Position numbers and translations under genes: made by a program. Shown piece after piece: positions 19,661 through 29,200 of a stretch of DNA of 64,000 bases. Numbering within the stretch: position 1 is the stretch's first letter; each line of letters opens with the position of its first letter. A model generated the notes under the pieces. The model was not told the DNA's origin and did not search any database. It worked only from the letters and a program-made list of their open reading frames with translations. Origin of the DNA: Candidatus Nanohalarchaeota archaeon (lineage in GTDB: Archaea > Nanohalarchaeota > Nanosalinia > Nanosalinales > JAFCCC01); the NCBI GenBank assembly GCA_017610385.1, contig JAFCCC010000004.1:2863-66862 (forward strand), in the 5' to 3' direction.

Positions 19661-21184
19661 ATGTACTCTAAGAAGGGAATGAGCACCATGGCTTTTTTAA
19701 TTGTGGGTATTGTTCTAGCGGTAATTGTTGCATTATTAATTACTCTGCAAGTAAGAGCAAGTAACTCTAGTGTTGATGGACTATATTCAAAAGCAAAGCA
19801 ACAGTGGATTAATTTTTTTGGAGATAGTACACAGAACTCACATGATTCAAATGGAGATAACGGCGCTTCAACACATTTAGAATGTATAAATGAAATTTGT
19901 GTTGAAAAAGAAGGTAAAGGAACTGATAGCTCATCCTGTTCAACCGTTGGGGAAAGTTGCACTTTGGGTGCGTTGACTGCAGCATTTACTGTCAGTCCAA
20001 ATAATCCGACAACTCAGGATACTCCCCAGTTCAATGCTGAAAACTCACAAGGAGATATAACTCTTTATGAATGGGATTTTGGAGACGGATCTGACAAAAA
20101 GGCAGTTACCAACAAAAAAATAAATCATGCGTATAATGTTCCCGGGATATTTACAGTTAAACTAGTAGTCCATGACGATGTAGGGAATTTAGATGAGATT
20201 GCACTTAAAGTAACTATTATTGCGGTTAGCAATAACGAAGTACCTCCTTTAGCCGCATTCACTGTTTCTGCAGAATATCCAGGACCAGGGCAACCAGTTC
20301 AATTTACAGATGGCAGTAGCGATTCTAATGGCGTGATTGATATTGAAACACGAACTTGGGATTTCGGAGATGGACAAACTTCTTTACTTACAGATCCAGA
20401 ACATACATATTATGAATTAGGAGAGAAGGAAGTATCATTAACGGTTGTTGATAGGGCAGGAGAACAGAATGTAGCTCAAAAAATCCTCATGGTAAAAGAA
20501 TATCCTATTGCTGATTTTAGGATTATACCAAATCCCGATACAAATGAACTCAGAGTTGGAGATAGTATTACTTTTAATGGAGAAAATAGCCAAGACCCAA
20601 CAGAGCCCACCAAGGCAATTTCTAAATGGGAATGGAATATTAGTGCTCGTAGCAGTTACTCAGGTTCCATAGACGATGTTATTCTTCAGGGCAGCTATGT
20701 TTCACACGTGTTTACAGAAGAAGGAACCTATTCAATTGCTCTGACTGTTACATCAGCCGATGGAAACAGAACAAATACGCTTATAAAAGAAATTGAAATA
20801 TTACCAAAATTAATAATAGAACCAAGTGTAACTCACATTTATCGATACGTTGAAGGTACAATAGACAAATCAACTAAAATAAGAATAAAAATTAAAAATG
20901 AAGATGAAACTGCACTTAATATTTACGCTTCTATTAAAATTATGGATGATACAGAATGTGATAGTGATAGCCCCTCCATCATCATGCCTTCTTCACTACT
21001 AATTCAACCAGGAGATACAACTGACTTTTTAGACTTCAAAAACCTGTGTTATTGGCCACTCAATAAAGAAACTCACATACAAATTACAACTGGTCAAGAA
21101 GGTAGTTCAACTATGTGGTACACTTGTGTGACCTGCAAGGCAAATACTGCGCAATGTGGTCCTATAATTCCCGGACGGTGTTAA
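19661..21184 (+). CDS. Pilin-like protein carrying three PKD-type Ig domains
   Basis: The ATG at 19661 gives MYSKKG|MSTMAFLIVGIVLAVIVALLITL. PKD signatures: YEWDFGDGS..HAYNVPGIFTVKLVVHDDVGN; RTWDFGDGQ..HTYYELGEKEVSLTVVDRAGE; WEWNIS..HVFTEEGTYSIALTVTSADGN. Confidence 0.75.
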   Translation: MYSKKGMSTMAFLIVGIVLAVIVALLITLQVRASNSSVDGLYSKAKQQWINFFGDSTQNSHDSNGDNGASTHLECINEICVEKEGKGTDSSSCSTVGESCTLGALTAAFTVSPNNPTTQDTPQFNAENSQGDITLYEWDFGDGSDKKAVTNKKINHAYNVPGIFTVKLVVHDDVGNLDEIALKVTIIAVSNNEVPPLAAFTVSAEYPGPGQPVQFTDGSSDSNGVIDIETRTWDFGDGQTSLLTDPEHTYYELGEKEVSLTVVDRAGEQNVAQKILMVKEYPIADFRIIPNPDTNELRVGDSITFNGENSQDPTEPTKAISKWEWNISARSSYSGSIDDVILQGSYVSHVFTEEGTYSIALTVTSADGNRTNTLIKEIEILPKLIIEPSVTHIYRYVEGTIDKSTKIRIKIKNEDETALNIYASIKIMDDTECDSDSPSIIMPSSLLIQPGDTTDFLDFKNLCYWPLNKETHIQITTGQEGSSTMWYTCVTCKANTAQCGPIIPGRC

Positions 21185-21328
21185 TGGTACTAAAGTATAT
21201 TTGCTAAAGCAAATTAAGAACTTAAATTACGAAATCAAATGAGAAAAATTAAAAGTAACAAATCAAATTATTAAATTAACTTAGAAAACCAAATTATAAA
21301 ATTATATGAAAGTGGAAAGTGAAATATC

Positions 21329-22174
21329 ATGAAAAGAAAAGGATTTAACACAATTATGACCACCATAATTGTCGTAGCGGCAGTAATGATAGCAGTAGTG
21401 ATTAGTTTGGTCGCTTTTTCAGCACCTGTAAAAGACCTAGGTAACAGAACCCTAAGCACGATTAAAGATGTTTTTGATAATATCTTTTCCATAGGTCCTG
21501 GTGGAGCAACAACCCACGCGGCACTATTTGATACTGCAAGTTTGCCTTCGGGAGGAGTTAGAGATACTGCGAAAGCCTCTAATAAGGCCCTAACCGCTCT
21601 TTCAGATGTGACTGAGCCATTAGAGGATCTAGTGTCAGATGCTGGAAATGGCGTCACCGCAGCAGCAATCAAGGCTGCCGTAGATTCAGAAATAGACATA
21701 TCCTACGATATAGTTAATTACAACCCTCCACCAATCTATGACAATAAAATTTTCTATTCTGGATTTGAAGTAAGCCCAGACATAACAGATTGGGATTTGC
21801 AATTTAAAGAAAATCTTCTTGTTATGACGTTAAATTTCGTTGTTGGAGGTCAAGCTAAGCAAGCAGAAGGCTCTGTGGAAATTCCATTAGTTAATCAGGA
21901 CTTAGAATTAGAATATGATATAGGTAGTTTAGTAACTCCAATTGGAACTGCAGAAGCATCTCTGGAATTTAGTGGAAAAATTCAAGCAGGAACGCATGGA
22001 TTTCCATTACAGGGTGGAAAAACCTATAATTTAGGTGCGCATGCAGAGTTCGTTGGACGTAATAGTGATAATCTCACAATTACTGTCAACGTTCACACAA
22101 CTGACGAGGGTTTAGAAGCATCAGCTTCTGGCGATGCCGTATTGCAAATAATTGTTTTCGCTGAAGAAGCATAA
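21329..22174 (+). CDS. Pilin-like protein (class III signal)
   Basis: MKRKG|FNTIMTTIIVVAAVMIAVVISLVAF. Confidence 0.65.
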   Translation: MKRKGFNTIMTTIIVVAAVMIAVVISLVAFSAPVKDLGNRTLSTIKDVFDNIFSIGPGGATTHAALFDTASLPSGGVRDTAKASNKALTALSDVTEPLEDLVSDAGNGVTAAAIKAAVDSEIDISYDIVNYNPPPIYDNKIFYSGFEVSPDITDWDLQFKENLLVMTLNFVVGGQAKQAEGSVEIPLVNQDLELEYDIGSLVTPIGTAEASLEFSGKIQAGTHGFPLQGGKTYNLGAHAEFVGRNSDNLTITVNVHTTDEGLEASASGDAVLQIIVFAEEA

Positions 22175-22192
22175 TGCACTTGTGGTGGTTAA

Positions 22193-23317
22193 ATGAAAAA
22201 AGGATTGCAAATAATTACAGCTTTAGTTATCGTTATGGCGATTTTACTAGCAGGAGGCATAGCATATACTTCGGTAGCACAGGTCTGGAATAAAATAACA
22301 GAAGAGGGCACAAAAGCAAATCCTTTTGCAGATGTAATAAATCTTCTTATGGGTAAAAAAGCGTTTTCAGTAAGAGTAGATGATACACAATATACTATTC
22401 ACAAAATAGATGTTGTTGGAGCTTCTGGAACGGTTTTAAAATCTATTGAAGATTCAAACGTGATTGAATTTCCTATTAAGCCCGGCAAGAAATATTCTAT
22501 TAATTTTTACGTTGAAGATCCCATTGGAAATAAACTAACAATTCAAAGCCAATCCTTTTCTACTAGAGAAGACAAAGGTAAAACCATTTTATTGTCTGGA
22601 AGTTTTAACGGAGATGTATTTGTATTTTCCAAAGCCAAAGTTTACTTGAATGGATTAAAAAGTGTTGGAGGTACACCCATAAAATTCCCCAAAATTATGG
22701 AATACTCTCCAGAACCATCTGACGCAAGTGTGGATTGCAGTACCCAAACAAATTTTAAAACACAGATAGTGAACACAGGACTTATTTGTCCTGCATGGGA
22801 TAAAGGAGCAGATAAGGTCGGTTTTTGTGCCCTTGGCAGAATAGATGCAGGTTTTTGTCTTCCAAGAATTTATCAGACCACGAGGCTGTCTGGAGGAATT
22901 ATGTTAAATTTGAGTAACAAGGTATATGTATGTGAACAAGGACTACCTAGAGCAAGTGATAAAGATAATGATATTCCTCAAGAATTTAAAGAGCTTTGTG
23001 GAGTTTCCCCCTCTTCTGGAGATGTTATTATGGTTGTAACTGAAGAAATAAGTCCACAACTTATTTTTACATCCGCGGAAAATACAAGAATTCCTCTTTC
23101 AATTGCAATTAACACATATTCACGTATTTTCATTAATGAAAAATCAACAAGAGGATTAGAAAGCTGCTTAGACCCAAACAGAAAAAGCATCCTATCTTCT
23201 TATAAAAGAGGAGATTGTAAAATCAATTTTTATTATTACAAAGTGTGTCCTCCAGGATATTCTTATGATAGAAGTACTACTGACGGTGGTTGTATTAAAT
23301 TAGAAGCAGTCAATTAA
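22193..23317 (+). CDS. Pilin-like protein (class III signal), Cys-containing C-terminal domain
   Basis: MKKG|LQIITALVIVMAILLAGGIAY. GGTGG lies a few nt upstream of the ATG. Confidence 0.6.
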   Translation: MKKGLQIITALVIVMAILLAGGIAYTSVAQVWNKITEEGTKANPFADVINLLMGKKAFSVRVDDTQYTIHKIDVVGASGTVLKSIEDSNVIEFPIKPGKKYSINFYVEDPIGNKLTIQSQSFSTREDKGKTILLSGSFNGDVFVFSKAKVYLNGLKSVGGTPIKFPKIMEYSPEPSDASVDCSTQTNFKTQIVNTGLICPAWDKGADKVGFCALGRIDAGFCLPRIYQTTRLSGGIMLNLSNKVYVCEQGLPRASDKDNDIPQEFKELCGVSPSSGDVIMVVTEEISPQLIFTSAENTRIPLSIAINTYSRIFINEKSTRGLESCLDPNRKSILSSYKRGDCKINFYYYKVCPPGYSYDRSTTDGGCIKLEAVN

Positions 23318-23370
23318 CGAATATATTTATATGGGGTAATTCCATAATAATATACAAAGGGGTTTAGTAG

Positions 23371-23928
23371 ATGATAAAACGAAAAGGAATGACCATGGCA
23401 ATTCAAATTGTCATAGTAATTATTGTTTTAGTTGTTCTAGCGCTTCTAGTTATCGGAATTACAAGAGGTCAAATATTTGGCGGTTTGGGATTCCTTCAAA
23501 CTAAAGGAGATCAACAAGATTGTTTGTCTAGTAGGGATATTTATTGTCAAACAGAACCTACGGGTTGTTGGGCTTCTTCAGAAGAAAAAATTCAAAAATC
23601 CATTGAAGACGAAGGTAGATTTTGTCATACAATCTTAGGTAAAAAATTAGAGAATTCTTATTATTCTTGTCAATATAGGGAATATATTGATGAATCAGCT
23701 TACTCCATTATTGAAGGCATAAATACCACAGAAGAATACTATACAGCAGCTCGATCTGAAAGTGAGGGTGGCACTTATCGAGGTTATTTAAAGGATATTT
23801 GCAGAGGATTTAAGAAATATTGGGATTCCGATAAGCTTAATTGCACAAAAAGCAAAGCAGAACAATCTCCCGAAGATATAATTGATCTTACATTTTTAAA
23901 CGCCTTGGATTGCAAATCTCTTAATTAA
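23371..23928 (+). CDS. Pilin-like protein, Cys-patterned (paralogue of 23937..24302)
   Basis: MIKRKG|MTMAIQIVIVIIVLVVLALLVIG. Shares YCQTEPTGCWASSEEKIQKSI with YCQQNPSACWNASEAIVKEI of the next gene. Confidence 0.65.
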   Translation: MIKRKGMTMAIQIVIVIIVLVVLALLVIGITRGQIFGGLGFLQTKGDQQDCLSSRDIYCQTEPTGCWASSEEKIQKSIEDEGRFCHTILGKKLENSYYSCQYREYIDESAYSIIEGINTTEEYYTAARSESEGGTYRGYLKDICRGFKKYWDSDKLNCTKSKAEQSPEDIIDLTFLNALDCKSLN

Positions 23929-23936
23929 GTGATAAT

Positions 23937-24302
23937 ATGAAAAGAAAAGGAATGACTATGACGATGCAGCTGTTGATTACAGCAATTGTATTAATTGTAA
24001 CTGCTTTAACTGTATTATTAATTGTAAATAGCAAATTAGTTAGCGGTCCACAAAGAGTAGATGAAGTAGGCAATCGGAATATTTGTATTGCGAATAAAAA
24101 TACATATTGTCAGCAGAATCCAAGTGCTTGTTGGAACGCAAGCGAGGCTATTGTAAAAGAAATTTCTTGTGCTGAAAGGTTAGGTAAATCTGAAAAAGGA
24201 ACATTATTCAATTGTAAAGAACGCACATATTATACAAGTGAAGAATATGATAGTATTCTAGCAGGAATATTAGAGGTTTCTTGCGGCGCAGAAGAAATGT
24301 AA
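23937..24302 (+). CDS. Pilin-like protein, Cys-patterned
   Basis: MKRKG|MTMTMQLLITAIVLIVTALTVLLIV. Paralogy as noted under 23371..23928. Confidence 0.65.
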   Translation: MKRKGMTMTMQLLITAIVLIVTALTVLLIVNSKLVSGPQRVDEVGNRNICIANKNTYCQQNPSACWNASEAIVKEISCAERLGKSEKGTLFNCKERTYYTSEEYDSILAGILEVSCGAEEM

Positions 24303-24310
24303 AAGTAAAA

Positions 24311-24370
24311 GAAACAGTGTGCGTTTAAAAAGACCGTGTAAGTTTAAAATAAATACCGTAAGCTTAAAAG
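24311..24370. repeat. Three degenerate ~20-bp tandem units between convergent genes
   Basis: gaaacagtgtgcgtttaaaa / agaccgtgtaagtttaaaat / aaataccgtaagcttaaaag. The last unit overlaps the fen stop codon. Confidence 0.6.
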
Positions 24371-25389
24371 AAACTACCCAATCCTTTTTGTGAGCTTTTT
24401 TTTAATTCAATTAATTTATTTAATGTTGACGCAATTCTATTTAGTGAAAAATCATGTTGCTCATTTAAAAATTCTCTGAGTTTTTCTGGATTCGGATCCT
24501 TAAATTCAAAATCAACTTTTTTAACTGGCGGATTCTTAAAAAATTTTAGAATCTTATCTGGATCATTTTCGCATTCCCATTTAACTTTTGGGTCATCGAG
24601 AACAGAATCAAACGTTTCATGTTTTTTAACGATTTCCAATGCCTTTTTAGGACCAACTCCTTTTATTCCTTCTGGATTAAAATCTGTGCCAATTAATATC
24701 GCAATCCAAATTAGCTTCTCATGAGAAATACCAAGATGCTCTAATACTTTACTGGTTTCAATAATTTCTGGATTTATTTTGATATAAGCATCCTTTCTCG
24801 GAATCTTTCTTTTTCCACTGATACTTAAATTTTTGATGAATCTTTTGCAATTAAACAAAATAGAATCATAGTCTTGAGATGCAACTGCCCAGACTTGCCC
24901 GCTTTGATTCATAAATGCAGCTTGCGCTTCTCCTTCGCTTTCTGCCTGTATATACGGAACACCCATATATTCTAAAAGTTTTTTAGATTCAGTTACTATG
25001 TCTTTTGTTACTTTAGTTGCCTGCATAGCTTTTTGATAAGCTTCCTTTGTTTTTCCTTCTGATTTTAATCTTTCCCATTCCTTAAATGCTTCTTCTCTCC
25101 TTTTCTTACGCGCGGCATTTTCTGTAGCCTTTAAATCTGGCGATTTTCCATCAAAAACGTAAATTGGTTTTATTCCATATTCCATGAATTTTACAGTTCT
25201 ATAAAATAATCCAGACAAATGCGATGTAATGTTTCCATGAGAATCTTTTAGAGGAGTACCATCAAATTGCCTAATTATAGACAAAAACTGATATAGTGTA
25301 TTCATTCCATCAACTGCTATTTTCTTGTCTAAAAGTTTTTCAAAAGAAATTTTCTCAGTTGAAATTAAAGCAGATAAATCGACACCCAT
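24364..25389 (-). CDS. fen: Flap endonuclease 1 (FEN-1, XPG/RAD2 family)
   Basis: MGVDLSALI..IAVDGMNTLYQFLSIIRQFDGTPLKDSHGNITSHLSGLFYRT..IKPIYVFDGKSPDLK, plus the helix-hairpin-helix region GTDFNPEGIKGVGPKKA. C-terminal PIP box QKGLGSFF. Confidence 0.95.
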   Translation of the reverse strand: MGVDLSALISTEKISFEKLLDKKIAVDGMNTLYQFLSIIRQFDGTPLKDSHGNITSHLSGLFYRTVKFMEYGIKPIYVFDGKSPDLKATENAARKKRREEAFKEWERLKSEGKTKEAYQKAMQATKVTKDIVTESKKLLEYMGVPYIQAESEGEAQAAFMNQSGQVWAVASQDYDSILFNCKRFIKNLSISGKRKIPRKDAYIKINPEIIETSKVLEHLGISHEKLIWIAILIGTDFNPEGIKGVGPKKALEIVKKHETFDSVLDDPKVKWECENDPDKILKFFKNPPVKKVDFEFKDPNPEKLREFLNEQHDFSLNRIASTLNKLIELKKSSQKGLGSFF

Positions 25390-25467
25390 ATTTTAACAAG
25401 GGTATTTGAATTATAAAGTAATTTGCCTAAAGTTTATTTTAAATAGAAAAAAATACTTATATTATAC

Positions 25468-26226
25468 ATGGTTAAAGAGATTCTGACGAAAGGAAAGCCC
25501 GAGTGGAAAGAAACAATTATCAGTACAGATGTTGACCGCCTTTTAAAATATTTGACAGAAAAGGGTTCTGCTAATACTAAAAGAATATCCAAGGATCTTG
25601 GAATTCCAGAACAAACAATTTTAGGCTGGGCAAAGGCACTTACTTCTAGTAAGCTAATTGAAAAGGAATATTCTACAAAAGGAGTAATCTTAAAAGTAGG
25701 AAGTAAAAACCAAAAGATTACTCAAAAGAAAATTGCTGAAGTGCACAAGGAGATTGGAAGAAAAATTAAAAGAGTAAGAAGCAACGTACAAGGAGAGTCT
25801 CAGACAATAACCGAAGTAAAAAAAGAACTTGAAAAATTAGGGATTCTTTTAGAAAAAGATCGAAAAGAAAGTTACTATTTAGAAAAAAGAATTTTTTCTT
25901 TAAAGGACACTCAGATTAAATTAAAAAAAGAATTACTAAAAGATATTCTTTCTGAACGAGAAATTGAGACTGAAATTTCTTCTGTCTTAAATAATGTTCA
26001 TAAAACCCTTTCTAATTTGAAAGAAGCCGAAGGAGCTTTTAAAAAATTTGTAGGCGCCAAAAAAGAATTAGATGAAGATATTAATACACTAAAACAGCTT
26101 AGACAGTATGATACGAATATAGACTTGATGCTTAAAACAAGCAAAAAAGTAAGCGTTAAAGAACAAAGAACCAATTTAATTTTTAGAAAAGCTATGAGTT
26201 CTTTAAAGAAACTATTAAGAAAGTAA
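25468..26226 (+). CDS. Winged-helix + coiled-coil protein (first gene of pilus locus B)
   Basis: The N-terminus DVDRLLKYLTEKGSANTKRISKDLGIPEQTILGWAKALTSSKLIEKEY looks wHTH. The remaining ~170 aa are K/E-rich with heptad character. Function unknown. Confidence 0.5.
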   Translation: MVKEILTKGKPEWKETIISTDVDRLLKYLTEKGSANTKRISKDLGIPEQTILGWAKALTSSKLIEKEYSTKGVILKVGSKNQKITQKKIAEVHKEIGRKIKRVRSNVQGESQTITEVKKELEKLGILLEKDRKESYYLEKRIFSLKDTQIKLKKELLKDILSEREIETEISSVLNNVHKTLSNLKEAEGAFKKFVGAKKELDEDINTLKQLRQYDTNIDLMLKTSKKVSVKEQRTNLIFRKAMSSLKKLLRK

Positions 26227-26278
26227 AACTAAAAAAATACTATATAAGTAAAACTGGAAAACTGCCAAGGAAATAAAA

Positions 26279-29200
26279 ATGAAAGAATATATGGAAGAAT
26301 ATATTGTAGATTCAGACGGCGTTCCCGCCAGAATAAGAATTATTGATGGAACAGATTATGTACCTCATTATGAAGTAGACCGTCCAATTATTAATGAAGC
26401 AACTGAAGCAATTTTAGAGGAAATCAAAAGTGGTTTAGTACGAGAAGTTACAATTTCTATTAAAGAATATGTTGATTCAAAAGAATTAGAAGGTGTTAAA
26501 GAAAAATTTATAGCAAAAGCAAATGAATTAATTAAATCAGTTCTTCCTCGTGTTGGAGAAGCCCAACGAAAGGTACTAATTGGAAATTTAATTCATGAGA
26601 TGCTTGGTTTGGGAGATTTAGAAATTTTACTAAATGATGATAAATTAGAAGAAATTGTAATTAATAGTTCAAAAGAACCAGTCTGGGTTTATCATAAAAA
26701 ATTAGGCTGGTTAAAAACAAATATTATACCAAAAAGTGAAAGTGAAACTTATAATTATTCTTCAATTATTGGTAGGAGAGTTGGTCGCCAAATTTCAAAT
26801 TTAAATCCCTTATTAGATGCACACTTGCCGTCGGGGGATAGAACAAACGCGACAATATTTCCAATTTCAACCAAAGGAAACACATTAACTATCAGAAAAT
26901 TTGCAAGATCTCCATGGACTATTACTGATTTTATTGAAAATCATACAATATCTGCAGATATTGCCGCATTGATTTGGTTGTGTATGCAATATGAATTGAA
27001 TGTCCTAATATCTGGAGGTACGGGATCTGGCAAATGTGTTTCAGGAGACACACAAGTTTTATTATCAAATGGAGAACTTAAACGTATCAAGGATGTAGTT
27101 GATGAGAACCTAAGTTCTAATTGTGTACCTAGCGATGATGGTTGGTATTCAAAACAGACCTCAGTTTCATTATTTTCAATGAATTCTAATTTAAAACTAA
27201 ATGAAAGAAGTTGCTCGCAAATTTGGAAAAGAGAGGCCCCCGAATATTTGTTTGAACTTACCTTTCAGAGTGGCAAAAAAATCAAAGTTACTCCAGAACA
27301 CCCGTTCTTTGTTAATGATGCAGGAGATATACGAAAAATCTGTGCAGAAGATCTTACAACCGGCCAAAGAGCCGCTACAACTAGAAAGATTAATATAAAA
27401 GGCGAAGTCTATTCTTTAGAAGAGAAATTGAGCAATCTAAGTTTCTTCAGGCAAAAAGAAAAAGATTATGTGCTTTTGTGCTCACCGAAAGGACTGCCTG
27501 TAAAATTCCCTACCAAATTATCCCCTGAACTGGCTAAATTTATTGCGTATTTATTAGGAGATGGACATTTGAGTAAAGATGGTTCTCAATTAGCATTTCA
27601 TAATACCAATCATCGCCTTTTAAATGAGTTTCAAAATCTTGGTGAAAAGCTATTTGATATAAACTTCCACCACAAGAAACCTAAAAATCGTGTTGAATGT
27701 ATTCGTTGTTATTCCAAAACCTTATGCGAGACCATTTCTCAAGTATTTTGTATTCCCAAAGGTGTAAAATCACACAGGATTTTAGTACCAAAAGAAATTT
27801 TAGGAGGCACAGAAGAAATCATCTGTGGATTTGTAAAGGCACTAATGGATTGTGAGGGGTCAGTTAGTCTCAATAAAGATGAGATAGAATTTGGTTCTAA
27901 AAGTTCAGAGATTGTTAACCAGTTGCAATATCTTCTAAATAGAATAGGCATTATTTCTCGAGTGAAGTTTGGTAAGAACAACAGAAATAGACTATTTATT
28001 TCTTCAAGAGATGTTAGAATATTTACTAAGAAGATTGGTTTTACACACCCCCTTAAAAAAGATAAGTTAGAACAGCTTCTGACCAAAAAATTAAATCCCA
28101 ACTTTGATCTACTTCCCTGTCAATCCCTTCTGAAAAAAGTTTGTAATAATTTTTCATTATACGACAAAGAAGTAGCATTAGGATCTAAACTAAGTCGAAG
28201 GAGTATTTCTCGGTACTTAGATGGATCGAGAATGCCTTCCCCCGCAAATTTACAAAGAATATATAATTTTCTAACTCATAAAAATGACCAAATAAAGCAG
28301 GAATTAGAAAGATTCTCATTAGTCGAAGGGTTAATTAAAAAAATACCGGAAAAAGAAGCATTATTACATTGCACTAAAATTCTTGATCTAACTCATTTAA
28401 ACACTAATGATATTCTTTTCAAGAGCGGATTAAGTAATTCGATTTATTGGCAATGGAAACAAGAGGTTACACCATATACAAAAAATTTAGTTAAATTTGG
28501 AAACTGCGTTGTAGACTCATTTGAAAATTTTGAAAAGAATGTGATGAATGCTGAAACTCTAGAAGATTTTACCAACTGCGGAATCTATAAAAAAGAGATT
28601 GCAGAATATGCAGAACTGCCACTAAACCAGGTTTATAAAAAAAGCAAAATCAACAAACCTTTAAATCATTTGCAGTTGGATGCTGTAAAACTTCAAGAAT
28701 CTGTTCTTTTAGAGGAAGTTAGAGCTGAGGCTAAAAAACTCAAAGAAATTCTGAGCAGTTGGGATAAAAAAGATTACCAAGCAATTTTTAGTGAAATTGT
28801 TCGTCTAAGAAATTTATTGAGGTTGTACCCTGAAAAAACAAAAAAGGATTTGGGTTATAGTATTCCTCAAAGCACCGAGTCTGTTGTTCAGTATTCTAAA
28901 GAAAAGCTTACGGGGATTTCTAATTATCTTCGCGAGACTCTAGAGCAAATGCACGCAAATGGAACGAAATTACTTCGAAATTTGGAAAATTTGGTTAAAA
29001 GCGATGTTCTTTGGGACAAAATTGTTACCATTAAACAGATAAAATCTACTGAAAAGTGGGTTTATGATTTAACTGTTCCAGATACACACAATTTTGTTGC
29101 TAATGGTATAATTGCACATAATACGTCTTTATTGAATGTTCTAATGCCATTTATACCCGCAAATCAAAGAATTGTTTCAATAGAAGATACTAGAGAAATT

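Noticed and set aside
8888-23190. Other short ORFs overlapping larger genes (8888..9169, 9656..9895, 9905..10135, 12869..13072, 13154..13345, 13420..13605, 14110..14316, 17157..17348, 19639..19962, 21271..21699, 22978..23190)
   Set aside because: These are antisense or alternative-frame overlaps with better-supported genes. They have no motifs, and several begin at non-ATG codons.
27201-28101. Alternative-frame and antisense ORFs inside the second ATPase's intein (27201..27398, 27739..28101) and at 29200..29382
   Set aside because: They are embedded in a region whose main frame shows LAGLIDADG and splicing blocks, and they have no independent support.
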